DNA of 64,000 nt from Octopus sinensis (taxonomy: Eukaryota): the NCBI RefSeq assembly GCF_006345805.1, contig NC_043013.1, forward strand, positions 34,286,001 through 34,350,000. The letters are read 5' to 3'. Positions within the stretch are counted from its first letter, which is position 1. Each line of letters begins with the position of its first letter. The notes under the pieces are model-generated. The model was given only the letters and a program-made list of their open reading frames with translations. It was not told the origin of the DNA and made no database searches. Below are positions 1 through 12,310 of the stretch, in pieces. The position numbers and the translations under genes were made by a program.

Positions 1-274
1 GTATATAGTTTATTTGTTAAGAACAACACTACAGAAGTTATGAAAGCCCTAGAATTTTGTACCGAAATACTTATATCAAATATTAAAAGCACCTTTACAT
101 GAAAATCTAGGAATTTGAGTAACTCATGATTTTTAGTTAAGGGAGTATTACACATACATGTGTACTTAACACATGCATATATATATATATATATATATAT
201 ATAGATATATATATATATATATATAGATATATATATATATATATATATACACACATGCATGTATGTATAGATGG

Positions 275-447
275 AGAAAAAGGCACTCAGCCAACTGTAC
301 AGAGTAGTTGGCATTAGGAAGGACATCCAGCCATAAAAACCCAGCCAAAACAGACAACAGAAGCTTAGTGCAGGCTCCTTCCTGGCCAGCTCCTGTCAAA
401 CTGTTCAACCCATACCAACATGAAGGATATTAAACAATGATGATGAT
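275..447 (+). mobile_element. SINE family F copy (GGTTGGCRTTAGGAAGGGCATCC domain, RTE-like 3' end, (GAT)n tail)
   Basis: GTAGTTGGCATTAGGAAGGACATCCAGCC...CAACCCATACCAACATG...TTAAACAATGATGATGAT; same architecture at 3325-3556, 19208-19476 and 36490-36790. Confidence 0.75.
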
Positions 448-467
448 ATATATATGTATATATATAT

Positions 468-840
468 ATGAAATATTAGGGAGTATAACTCCAAACTTAT
501 AGGGAAAAATTCAATTTAGTATTAAATCAAATTTCACAATATGAATATATATATTGTTTAATTCTGTTTGCTTATTTATTTAACTATTATTGTTAACCTG
601 AAAAGTAACTATAATTTTAAATTGAATTGATTTTCGATTAAATTTAAATTTAATTGTAATTTGAATTTAATTATAGGCATGAACGTACGTAGGTTTTTCA
701 CTTATTATGTATTGATTATTCATTTTTGTAATTCTTGAAATCTAGTTATATGTTTTAAAAAATATATTTTATCTTTTATTTATGATTTGGTTTATGTTTA
801 TCATTGTTTGAATTGCATAATAGTGGCTTTTCTCTAATTT
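468..840 (+). mobile_element. (TA)n-flanked AT-rich element, family G (probable Penelope-like terminal fragment)
   Basis: TATTAGGGAGTATAACTCCAAACTTATAGGGAAAAATTCAATTTAG recurs at 33001-33060, 52516-52612 and inverted at 17090-17163; bounded by TA runs. The Penelope assignment is inference. Confidence 0.5.
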
Positions 841-879
841 ATATATATATACATACATATGAGCAAAATGCCCCCCATC

Positions 880-973
880 CAATGGACGGGACTGAGTTGT
901 CAAACATTTAAACCAAATTTTCTCAAAACAACTTGTACGACCGTCCCATAGGTCTCCCCTTTGAGAAGCACTG
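880..973 (-). mobile_element. Solo hAT (Charlie-like) transposon end
   Basis: Reverse complement begins CAGTGCTTCTCAAA, like hAT/Charlie CAGTG-type termini; partner end not found. Confidence 0.35.
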
Positions 974-1059
974 ATTTAACCTAAATTTGAGACACCAGCA
1001 AATGAAGAAATAAAGATAGACTTTTTCTGTTCCAGAGAAAAACGATTTTATTCACACAA

Positions 1060-1290
1060 ATATGCAACTGAAGAGTTTAAAGTACCAGTAAGTACATCGC
1101 AACAGCTGATGTACTTGCGCGTACAAATGCACGTTCCCACGGCTTTATCGGTGGTATTCTCACCTGGAATCAATTTTTGTAATTTTTTCAAGACTTATAC
1201 ACGCCATGATACCGTCGGTATCGACATATCAAATTTGAGCACAATCAGATGACACACACACAGACAGAACGGATTTTATAATATATATAT
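1060..1290 (+). mobile_element. Helentron/DINE-1-like non-autonomous element, 3' part
   Basis: Ends AAATTTGAGCACAATC...ACACACACACAGACAGAACGGATTTTATAATATAT; internal palindrome GATACCG-T-CGGTATC at 1208-1222. Confidence 0.45.
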
Positions 1291-1300
1291 ATACATGTAT

Positions 1301-1495
1301 AGGGAGAATTCACAAAAAAAACGAAAGACAAAGACAGGTGGTTTACACAACAAACAGATGTATTAGTTTAATGCCCGGGAAGTGAAAAAGTCTTTAACGT
1401 TTCGAGCCTATGCTCTTCCACAGAAAGGAACACAGAAAGAAACAAGGAGAGAAAATAAAGAATGTGTAGTGGCTAGAGATCTACCATGGCAAAAA
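1301..1495 (-). mobile_element. Short Penelope-like cassette between (TA)n runs, carrying a hammerhead motif
   Basis: TA runs on both sides; contains the motif at 1392-1427. Confidence 0.55.
1392..1427 (-). ncRNA. Minimal type I hammerhead ribozyme motif (A6U core variant)
   Basis: Minus strand CTTT-CTGTGGA-A-GAGC(ATAG)GCTC-GAAA-CGT-T-AAAG: 4-bp stem I, 4-bp stem II, palindromic ACGT stem III. Confidence 0.6.
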
Positions 1496-3324
1496 TATAT
1501 ATATATGATTGAGAAGACAAATGTAAGAAGGGCACTCAACATATTTTTTGTATAGATCAAAGCCAGTTTGATTCAGACTCCTTGGTACTCTAATTTTCAA
1601 GAGTGTGGCTAGTCTTCAGCCACCGGGGTCTGGATGACAGTTCAACTGAAGAGATGCAATGTTTATTACAGGATGTTAGCCTGTGACTGGAGAAGGAAGG
1701 TCACACAGATTAGTGGTTTGATATCAGTATTTCAGCGACAACAATTAGTTGGAAAATACTGTATGGTGAACAGGAAATTGACCACATGGTGGACAAGTAA
1801 TTGATCATGTGGTTGGGAAGAAGTAGGAAGAGGCAGTAGGTGTGGGGGTATATATGTATATATATGCACATGTATATGCCCATATACATGTACACCCATG
1901 CATGTGCATGTATGTACACATGCACACTCGTGCATGCATGTGCTAGTGTGCATACTCCCATGTGCATGTGCATAGGTACATGGAGATAAAGACACACACA
2001 TGTGTGTGTATATGTGTGTGCATGCATGCACATATGTGTGCATGCAGATGTGTGAATGTACATCTAAGTACACACTCGTATAAGTATGGATGCATACACG
2101 CAGATATATGGGCATGTACATGTATATATATATATATATACACATACACACACGTATATATATAAAGAGAAAGAACGAGAAGGAGAGAGAGAGGGAGGAA
2201 GAGAGTGTGAGAATGGGAGAGCAAAAGTGAGAGAGTGAGAGGCACACACAAGTGTTAATGAAGGCTTAAATAAAAATCTATATACAAAAATCGGAAAAAA
2301 TATACTGAGATTTACTAATGAAAAAATAGATTTTAAGTTGTACTAAAAACCAAAATTTAACATTAAAGCAGAATTGTTATTTAATTGTAAAATTTCCAAT
2401 AAACAATGTTTATAAATTCTCTGAACTTTTTCAATTAGGAAAGAAACAATAATTCTAGCAAATATTTTTCCCCATATAACAAATAACAACAAATGCATTA
2501 ATAATGTATTTACTACAATTATACATGTTGAAGTATGTGTAATAATACTCTTCAGAGAAAGTAACATTTTTGCCAACATCAATATGTACCTCTTTCATTT
2601 TTAATGCTTTCCTCTCCACCCATACTTTACATTGATCACCCCTTTCAGACACCATCAATCTCTCTTTCATACATTTCTTTCAACCCCATTTACTAATTTG
2701 GCCCTACACTCTGACATCCTACCTAACCACATATTATCTCTCTCTCTCTCTCTCTCTCTCTCTTCCTCTCTCGTTCTTCTCTTGTCCTTTGTATGATTAT
2801 TACTATTCTGCTGCTCTTTACCTCACCCACCCTTTTTCTACACTGACAGTCATATTTCTCTCCCTTACCTCCCAATCTCATGTATCATTGGTCATCACTC
2901 AACACTATCCAATCCCTACAGTTGTCACCTACTCTTCCCTACTTATCATCCTTGAACACGTTTTCTTTATCATATTCATCTCCTCACCCATTCCTTATCT
3001 CTAACCATCTCTCACTCTCCTATACACTCTTGAAAACTCCACCCCTCCACACTTCCTGTTCCTTTGCACCCACTCACTTTTACTCACCTTATATCTCAAG
3101 ATCCACCTTGATACATCATCATCAGTATTTCCCTTTCCTTCCAGCTCCTCCATGGCCTCTCTTCAACCCTCTCATTTATGATATGAATAATCGTGTGGTT
3201 CCTCTATAGCAAGAAACTTATTCTGACCCCTTTGTTCACACTTTAAACCTTCATCACTGAGCAAAAAGCCACTTCTCTCTCTACTCTATTCCCACTTAGT
3301 TCAAGGGGATGTTAATCTTGCAAG

Positions 3325-3556
3325 CTGTACAGTGACTACTCTAATGCTGGTGCCATGTAAACAAGCAAAATAAAAAAACAAAGCCCCTAGTACGATCAGT
3401 ATAGTGGTTGATGTTAGGAAGGTCATCCAGTCATAAAGACTTTACTAAAGCAGACATTGGAGTAAGATGCTGCTGGATCCTGTCAAAGCATCCAACCTTT
3501 GCCAACATGGAACATGCATGTTAAATGGTGATGAAGATGACGACTATAATGATAAT
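3325..3556 (+). mobile_element. SINE family F, decayed
   Basis: GGTGCCATGTAA...GTGGTTGATGTTAGGAAGGTCATCCAG...TGTTAAATGGTGATGAAGATGA. Confidence 0.65.
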
Positions 3557-3709
3557 GATACCACACAGTCTGGCGTTTTAAATGAATGAGTTAATAATAG
3601 CAGCTTCTGGTATAGGGACAAGGCTAGGAGGTTTTTAGGAAAATGGGGTTAATCAATTCCGTTGATACTGTCACTTAGACTAGTGCTTAACTTTATGGAC
3701 CTCAACACT

Positions 3710-4111
3710 TTTACTCTTACGTTTCAGTCATTTGACTGTGGCCATGCTGGAGCACCACCTTTAGTTGAAGAAATTGACTATTCTTTGTAAGCCTAGTACT
3801 TATTCTATCAGTCTCTTTTGCTGAACTGCTAAGTTACGGGGACATAAACACAACAGCATTGGTTGTCAAGTGATGTTAGGGGACAAACAGAGACACACAA
3901 ATACACACACACAAACACACACACACATATATATATATATATGACGGGCTTCTTTCAGTTTCTGTCTACCAAATCCACTCACAAGGCTTTGGTCGCCCCG
4001 AGGCTATAGTAGAATAGTAGAAGACACTTGCCCAAGGTACCATGCAGTGGGACTGAATCCAGAACCATGTGGTTGGTAAGCAAGCTACTTACCACACAGC
4101 CACTCCTGCAC
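3710..4111 (-). mobile_element. tRNA-derived SINE family A, full length, with internal (TA)n/(TG)n
   Basis: Head GCAGGAGTGGCTGTGTGG (A box) and GGATTCAGTCCC (B box), CORE-like ACCTTGGGCAAGTGTCTTCT, tail GGTGCTCCAGCATGGCCACAGTCAAATGACTGAAAC. Confidence 0.9.
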
Positions 4112-4834
4112 CCATTGAATAAAAATGCGAAGTTGAACTGAAAAGGTCAATTTAGACTTTCATCTTTATCACAAAACCAAAAATTTCTCAGGGAAATATT
4201 TATTGATTATATTGACAGTCAATTGAGCATTTTAAAATTTAATGCAGAAGTATATTTTCTTAAAGAAAATTTCAAAACCGTTTTTATCAGATTCCTTTCT
4301 TGGATTGATTCTTTCTTTCAGCTTGTTTCATATTACTACAGTATATTTAATTTTGTGTCAAATGGAATCCATGCGTCAGTTTTTATTTCTGCTTTAAGCA
4401 AATGTATTAACACTGATCCCTTCTAAATAACTGTCAGAGAAAATGCAAGACAACTATCATCATCCTTACAGCAGCATTTGCTGAAGCAGCCACGGCCACC
4501 AGTTATACTGACATAATCAATACCATGAGTACTACAGCCATTAGCATTGCTGCTGCTGCTGCTACTAGTACTTCCCAGCAGTAATCAGATGGAAATGAAA
4601 TATCAACACTAAAGGATAGCATGTGAACTTCTAGAATTGACATCATGAAAGATTAGTTTTCCTTTTTATTTCAACATGACTAAATCGTCTTTTTAAATGA
4701 TTGAAACTGGTAGCATATTTTGCTAAAAATGTAAATTTGCTTTCTTTTATCCATGATAAAGTTTTCAAAGCATTTTCGTAATTTTGATTTGAAATACACA
4801 CACACACACACACATATGTACATATAAGCACATA

Positions 4835-4870
<36 letters not shown>

Positions 4871-5289
4871 CATATATGTGTGTATGCATGTAAGTGTGTA
4901 TGTATATATGTATGTGTGTGTGTATTTATGTGTGTAGTGTTTATGTATGTACGTATGTATGTGTGTAGGGTTTATGTATGGATGTATATATGTATATATA
5001 TGGTAAATGGATCTGTATCAGTTTTGACAATATGGATTCAGTTATTCAATCAGATGAACGACCAAATTGTTTATTCAAATTTTCATGAAAATGCCTGAGG
5101 AATATACTGACATATGTTAACGTAATTCTCATGCTCAATCAGTGAGACAAAATGCATGACAAGGCTGGTCCTTTGTATTACTGGTATTATAGTCAATTCA
5201 ACAAGTATTCCTGTACAGTTTCCATTTACCCAATTTCTCTTGCAAAATATAAGCTTCACCTAATGCTGTTTAACAATATTTACTCATGA

Positions 5290-5430
5290 TAAATTCTGTC
5301 GAGGTCAACTTTGCCTTTCATCCTTTTGGGATTGATAAATTAATTACCAGTTGCTTACTGGTGTCGATCTAATCGACTGGCCCTTCTCCCCAAAACTTTT
5401 TGGCCTTGTGCCTAGAGTAGAAAAGATTAC
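5290..5430 (+). mobile_element. SINE family B, 3' half (tail type 2)
   Basis: GAGGTCAACTTTGCCTTTCATCCTTTTGGG...GGCCTTGTGCCTAGAGTAGAAAAG. Confidence 0.8.
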
Positions 5431-5523
5431 TCGCTCAAGATGCCACAAAGTAGGATCGACTCTCACACCTTATGATTGCAAGATTAAATTATTAACCGAT
5501 GTGCTTCTACACACACACACACA

Positions 5524-5564
<41 letters not shown>

Positions 5565-6628
5565 AACATGGCACATCCAAATGAAAATAATGAAACACAA
5601 CTGACAATCATCCATACGAAATTATGATAATGACAGATATGAAAATTATGAAATTTCTGTAATTATGTACTCAGAATTTGATGGCCTCTCTCTCACTCAC
5701 TCTTCCCTCTCTCTTTGCCCTCTTCCCTCTCTTAATCTATCTGTCTTCTCTTTTTTCACAATCCCTTTCTCTCTCTCTCTCTCTCAATCTTTCATTCCTT
5801 CTTCCTTTTTATTTTTCCTTTCTCCTTTCTTCCACCTCTGTGCAACCAACGGTTTATTAATAATAGTACTATATTACAACTAATACTACTAACAGAAACA
5901 CACATCCTGTACCACACTGAGACAACAACAGACGTGTGTGCAACATATATATATATATATATATATATACATACATACGCACACACATATAGACATAACA
6001 ATATGTGTATGCATGTGTGTGAATGTGTGCATGTGTTACTATGCGTGTGTAATTATTTTGTAATTAATAAGAGAACCATGAATTTCAGTACAAGGAGAAT
6101 ATATGTTGGGGGGTTTTGGGGGTTTTAAGTTATATTAGATTAAAAAAGAAAAATAATAGACAGAGTGAGAGAGGGGTGAGAGAGAGAGAGAAAGGGAAAG
6201 ATTTAAATATATATTTAAAATTTAAAAAATTAGAATATAAGAAAAATGGTAAAATAAAGCAGAAGAGTATAATTAAAAATAAAATATAAAAATCAATGAT
6301 GAAAACAAGAGAGGATGATGCATTGATAGTTTAAATTAGACAGAAAACTTAAGATTGAGGAATAAAATAAAAAAATAATAATTACTATAATGATAGAAAA
6401 TAACATAAAAAGTCAAAAAATTTGCAGAAATTGCATGAGAGACTTGCAATTTGATTGACAGCAATTAATAATGTAATCAGATAATTATATTGAACTTTTA
6501 ATTGACTGAAAGACTTAATGAAGCAAAACTTGTCAGAAATGACAAAGAAAAGAAAGACAGACGGCGATAGAGAAAAGGAAAAGAAAGGAAGTGAAATGCA
6601 GGAAGAGACAAAGAAGAAAAGAAAGGAA

Positions 6629-6672
<44 letters not shown>

Positions 6673-6934
6673 ATAAGAAAAGTAGAAAGAGTGAAACTAG
6701 AGCAAGAAGTAGATGAAAAATACATGAAAAGTGAGAGAGAAAAGAGAGAGAGAGAGAAAGAAAGAAAGAGAGGCAGAAAAAGAAAAAAAATGAAGAAAAA
6801 CAAAGAAACAAACTTATGAACCTCCAACCCCCACCCTAAAAGAAAAACAGCAAAATTACACAAAATTAATAAAAATAAGACTGGCAAAAATGAAACGACA
6901 GCGACAATACCAGCATCAATTATAGCTACTGCAA

Positions 6935-6969
6935 ACTACTACTACAACTACTACTACTACTACTACTAT

Positions 6970-7010
<41 letters not shown>

Positions 7011-7025
7011 TAATCATCATCATCA
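6935..7025. repeat. (TAC)n then (CAT)n microsatellite
   Basis: Directly visible. Confidence 0.9.
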
Positions 7026-7190
7026 TCGCCACCACCACCATCAACCACATTAAGTGTAGTGGTAAGTTTATTTTATTTTCAATATAATAATAATAATAAC
7101 AGAAAGTAGAATAGAATGTGAAGCAGATAGAAGGAAGAAGAGATACTAGTTGGAAGGAAAGGGAAGTGGGGTATTCAGAAGTTTTATATG

Positions 7191-7223
<33 letters not shown>

Positions 7224-7302
7224 AAAAAATACATATACACATGCATTATATATATATATATATATATAATTTGTATATAGAGTGTGTATATGTATGTGTA
7301 TA

Positions 7303-7528
7303 TGGCCGTGGGTGTGTGGTAAGAAGGTTGCTTCCCAGCCACATGGTTTCGGGTTCAGTTCCACTGCGTAGCTTTGGTGTGTTTATGTCCCTGTAACTTA
7401 GCAGTTTGGCAAAACAGTCCGATAGAATAAGTATTAGGCTTACAAAGAATAAGTCCCGGAGTCGATTTTTCGACTAAGGGCGGTGCTCCAGCATGGCCAC
7501 AGTCAAATGACTGCAACTAGTAAAAGAA
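7303..7528 (+). mobile_element. SINE family A with internal deletion
   Basis: Head joins the tail at CTGCGTAGCT|TTGGTGTGTTTATG; CORE-like segment and microsatellite are missing. Confidence 0.8.
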
Positions 7529-8246
7529 TGCATACACATATAGGGTGAGGGAGAGAATAAGTTGTATGAGAAAGACATTTAAGAGAGAAGGAGAGAGGGA
7601 GAGAGAGGAAGACAGAGAGATAGAGAGAGAGACAGAGACTAGCAGATTGAGTCAAGGAGTATTGTGAGAGAAGGGAGGTGGGGAATCAAAGATGTGGCAG
7701 CAGCAAGGAAAGAAAAGAATTAATTTAAGCATGATAATTGATGGAAGAATAATTTTGTAAAATGTTTAACAAAAGAAAAGAAATTCAGGCGAAAATGAAT
7801 TAAAAAAAGTGAAAGATGAGAGAAATCATAATTATGATATAAGAAAAAATAATAAAGCAAAAAATAAAAACACTAAGCAAAAACAACAATATTAAACAAA
7901 TAATTTTTCAATAAAACCATACATATATATATATGCGTGCACATACACACAAATGTGTACCTACTTATCAATCTATCTATCTATCTATCTATCTATCTAG
8001 CAATCTCTCTCTCTCTATCTATCTATCTACCTATATATATATATGTGAGTGTGTGCAAACATACACACACACACATATATATATAATATATATATATATA
8101 TATAATGAGAAATTATAATTATATCATAAGATAAAAAGCGGTAAAGGAAAATTGAAATAATTAAAGTGAACAAAAAATTAAACAGAAATAGTTTTTAAAG
8201 AAAACTAAATTTGAGGTTATATATCTATTTGCATTATACATATATG

Positions 8247-8290
<44 letters not shown>

Positions 8291-8676
8291 TGTGTATGTG
8301 GGTGATGTGTGTTGTGTGTGTGTGTGTGTAGCAACACTTAAATTATATTGAAGAAGTCAGGAGTAATTAGTCTGATTTTTAGGGTGGGGAAAGAGAAGAG
8401 ACAAGCAGAAATATGGAGGTAGAGGATGAGGAGAGGGTGTGCAGAGGATTAGAGAACACATATGTGTGTATATATAGGGTGGTTATAAAACATACACGTA
8501 AGTGTGTATGTGTATGTGTGTGTGTGCATGAAAAGTGATAAGTAGGGGGGAAAGGTAGAAGAATAGGGGTTACAAAAGAAAATATAGTTAAAGATAAGAG
8601 GTAAATACTAATTGAGTGATGTAGAGAGTGATGTAGAGACAATAGAGAGAAAGGAAAAGAGTGAGGGAAATATATT

Positions 8677-9221
8677 GCCGGAGTGGCTGTGTGGTATGTG
8701 GCTTGCTTACCAACCACATAGTTCCAGGTTCATTCCCATCTTGGGCAAGTGTCTTCTTCTATAGCCTCATGCAGACCAAAACCATGTGAGTGGGTTTGGT
8801 AGTCAGAAACTGAAAGAAGTCCATCTTATATATATATATATATATATAGGTGCAGGAGTGGCTGTGTGGCGAGTAGCTTGCTTACCATCCACATGGTTCT
8901 GGGTTCATTCCCACTGAGTGGCACCTTGACTAGTGTCTTGTACTATAGCCTCAGGCCAACCACAACGTTGTGAGTGGAAACTGAAGGAAGCCCGTCGTAT
9001 ATATATGTGTGTGTGTGTGTATGTTTGTGCTTATCCCCCACCTTCGCTTGACAACTGATGTTGGTGTATTTACGTCCCTGTAACTTAGTGGTTTGGCTAA
9101 AGAAACCAATAGAATAAGTTAAGTACTAGGCTTACAAAGACTAAGTCCTGGGGTTGATTCTCTCGACTAAAGGCGGCGCTCTGGCATGGCCACAGTCAAA
9201 TGACTGCAAAATGTAAAAGAA
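8677..9221 (+). mobile_element. SINE family A: 5' half (8677-8845), (TA)n, then full copy (8848-9221)
   Basis: Two heads GGAGTGGCTGTGTGG in tandem, one tail. Confidence 0.85.
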
Positions 9222-9249
9222 TATATATATATATAGACAGAGAAGCAAA

Positions 9250-9876
9250 ATGAGGCAAGAATTGATGTTGAGAGATTGTCTGGAGAAAAGAAAGAGTGCA
9301 AGTGAAGAAATTACAAAACTACTAGATCGGTTCACTGGAAACTCTGTCACAAGTACGACATTAACAGAAGTGATAACATGGTATGAGCACCAAATGGAAA
9401 TGGTCACTGAAAATGAAAATTATAAGATCTTGCAGGACATGTCCATCCAGTGTAACCATTTTGTTGTGGTTAGAAAACCTGACATTGTTATTGTATAAAA
9501 GAAGAGTGAAGTAATCATTGTGGATATAGCTTCACTGTGGAACATTGGGTTAATGAGAAGGTAAGTGAGAAAGGGGAGAAATAACAGGAGCTGAAGTTGG
9601 AAACCAAGAAACAATGGAGAATCAAACACGTAGAAGTGGTACCGATTGTGGTTGGTGCTCTGGGAGCAGTTGGTAAAATCCTTTCTATTATAGGCACAAG
9701 GCTTGGAATTTTAGGGGAGGGGTTGGGGGTCTAGTCAATTACATCGACCCCAGTGCTCAACTGGTACTTATTTTATTGATCCTGGCTTGAGAAACTGCTA
9801 CAAATTACCATCAGGATGGGGTTATTACAGAAAACAGCCTTGTTAGGAACAACAAGGATTCTAATGAGGGTTCTAT
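9250..9876 (+). pseudogene. Decayed 3' end of an R4/Dong-type non-LTR retrotransposon (restriction-like endonuclease domain)
   Basis: WYEHQMEMVTENENYKILQDMSIQCNHFVVVRKPDIVIV*KKSEVIIVDIA...EK*QELK...VEVVPIVVGALGAVGKI / WLEKL...LLQKTALLGTTRILMRVL; RKPD..D motif; stops, frameshift and a SINE insertion. Confidence 0.9.
9682..9782 (-). mobile_element. SINE family B fragment inside the R4 remnant
   Basis: TTTCTATTATAGGCACAAGGC...ACATCGACCCCAGTGCTCAACTGGTAC; ATCC on both sides. Confidence 0.85.
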
Positions 9877-9896
9877 TCTTTTTCCTTTCTTTTGCC

Positions 9897-10228
9897 AATT
9901 TCAGTCATTTGACTACAGCCATGCTGGAGCACCGCCTTTAGTCAAAAAAGTTAACCCCAGGACTTATTCTTTGTAAGCCTAGTATTTATGCCAAACTGCT
10001 AAGTTACGGGGACATAAGCACACCAGCATCGGTTGTCAAGTGATGGTAGGGGGACAATCACAGACACACACACATATATATATACAATGGGTTTCTCTCA
10101 GTTTCCGTCTACCAAATCTACTCACAAGGCTTTGGTTGGCCCGAGGCTATAGTAGATACACTTGTCCAAGGTGCCATGCAGTGTGACTGAATCCAGAACC
10201 ATGTGGTTGGTAAGCAAGCTTCTTACCA
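9897..10228 (-). mobile_element. SINE family A, full length
   Basis: Same head, core and tail as 3710-4111. Confidence 0.9.
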
Positions 10229-10324
10229 CACAGCCACTCCTGCACCTGTGTTAGAAATCTCAAGACAGAATGACCCAAAGGACCTTTGATCATTTAATAC
10301 GGCTCCCTCTTTTGGTATAGTGTT

Positions 10325-11020
10325 GCTAACAAGCAGAAGACCTGAAATTTGGGGCAAGCAGTCTGGTCAATTACATGGAACTCACTACTCAGCTGGTAGT
10401 TATTTCTACTGACCCCGAAACTATGAAAGCTAAAGTTAGCCTTGGTAGAATTTGAACTCAGAATGTAAAAATGGATGAAATGCTGCAAGGCATTTTGTGT
10501 GCCAATGATTCAACCAGCTTGCTGCAATCCACCTTCTCCTCCTCCTCCTCCTCATCATCATCATCATTTAACGTCTGTTTTCCTATGCTGGCATGTGTTG
10601 GACAGTTTGATAGGGACTGGCTAGGTAGAAGACCGCATTATGCAATAATAATGGTAATGATAATAATAACAATTTCAAATTTTTGCACAAGGCCAACAAT
10701 TGGTGATGGCTCGTCGATTTACATTGACCCCCAATACTTGACTGGTATTATATTTTATTGACTCCAAAAGGATGACAGCCAAAGTTGGACTTCACAGGAT
10801 TTCGATTTAGGTTGTAATGAGCTTGAAGAAATAGTCAAAGGCCAGCAATTAGGGAGGTATATTCGATTATATTGAGTTCACTATGTGACTGGTACTTTAT
10901 CTTATCAACCCCAAAAATGAAAAGCAAAGTTGACCTCAGCAGGGCTTGAACTCCATATGTAAAGAGCGGGAACAAGCACTGGGAAACATTCTTTTTATCA
11001 ACGTTCTAATGATTCCATCA
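10325..11020 (-). mobile_element. Three decayed SINE family B copies in the same orientation (about 10325-10520, 10680-10800, 10830-11020)
   Basis: Each has CTGGTA(C/G)TT...ACCCC...ATGA..GC.AAAGTT..CCT motifs. Confidence 0.7.
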
Positions 11021-11573
11021 GCTCACCACACCACTAATAATAATAGTGATAATGAGCATGATAGTGGTAACGATGATGATGATGATGATAATAATAAGAA
11101 TAATTACAATAATGATTGTTGTAAACAATGAGAATTAAAGGAAACAAAAAAATTCAAATGTAATCTAACGTAGGAGAAAAAAAATAAAATCATTAATTAA
11201 AGCAGATCAAGAGATCAGAGATCAAAGAGGAAGAGATCAAAAATTTAAAGAGCTGAAATTATAGGTTTTATTTACATCGTGTCAACTTGAAATCTTCAGC
11301 TTGAATTAACACTACTGCAATTTGAGGAGAGAAAAAAAAAGTAACAAAATATTTTTTTAATGAAAATTTTAAATCCAGAAAGAGATAAATAGATAAGTTT
11401 ACAGAATATCAAGGAATGCAATTAAAAATTGCTTTCTCTAATTATATGGATTTAATACTCGTTTGTAAAATTCTTCGATTTCTGGGCTATTGTTTCACAC
11501 TGTGTATTGATTTTAAAAAAAATGTGTATTGCAATTATCCTTATATATGGATATAAATATATTTGTGTGTGTA

Positions 11574-11646
<73 letters not shown>

Positions 11647-11944
11647 GGGGGGAGATAAACATGTGAAACCTGCAACAAGATTTCTTAACTGTACAGGTGT
11701 GACAAAAAGTATCCAGTACACTCTATGTGACTCGTAAGTGATTCAAGCTGGGACAGTACACAGTGCTCGCTGGACGTTAACTAAGAAAACCTCTATCTTA
11801 CTGGTATCAGAAAATAACACTCTCAATGTAGTCTGTAAGGTGGTTAGTGTTAAGAAAGAAGTTTGGTGATAGAAACTGTGCCAAAAGTGAGACATTGGAG
11901 AGAAATAACAACATCATTGACCTGTTGAATCTTGTGAAACCATT

Positions 11945-12145
11945 TTTATTTCTTTATTGCCTACAGGGGCATAGAGGGGAAAAACAAGGACAGACAGAAG
12001 GATTAAGTCGATTACATTGACCCCAGTGCGTAACTGGTACTTATTTAATCTCACCAAAAAGGATGAAAAGCAAAATGACCTCGGCAGAATTAGAACTCAG
12101 AATGTAACGACAGACAAAATACCAGTGCGCTAATGTTCCTCACAC
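11945..12145 (-). mobile_element. SINE family B (tail type 1)
   Basis: GAGGGGAAAAACAAGGACAGACAGAAGGATTAAGTCG...GAACTCAGAATGTAACG. Confidence 0.8.
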
Positions 12146-12193
12146 CAGGATGAAAAATGAATTTAAAAGTATCATAGATATAGATGAGACACA

Positions 12194-12310
12194 AGCATGA
12201 CTGTGTGGTAAAAAGTTTGCTTTCCAACCACGTGGTTCTGGGTTCAGTCCCACTGCATGGTGCTTTGGGCAACTGTTTTTTATTATAGCCTCAGGCTGTC
12301 CAAAACGTTG
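12194..12310 (+). mobile_element. SINE family A 5' fragment (similar fragments at 13205-13385, 16330-16500 minus, 16856-16990, 44190-44260)
   Basis: GCATGACTGTGTGGTAAAAAGTTTGCTTTCCAACCAC...GGTTCAGTCCCACTGC. Confidence 0.7.

Noticed and set aside
29-80. Possible hammerhead CTACAGA-A..GTACC-GAAATAC
   Set aside because: Core and stem II too degenerate to support.
2455-3209. Non-microsatellite ORFs in a pyrimidine-rich tract
   Set aside because: No recognisable motif or splice context; composition explains the lack of stops. Could be a very old retroelement but I cannot support it.
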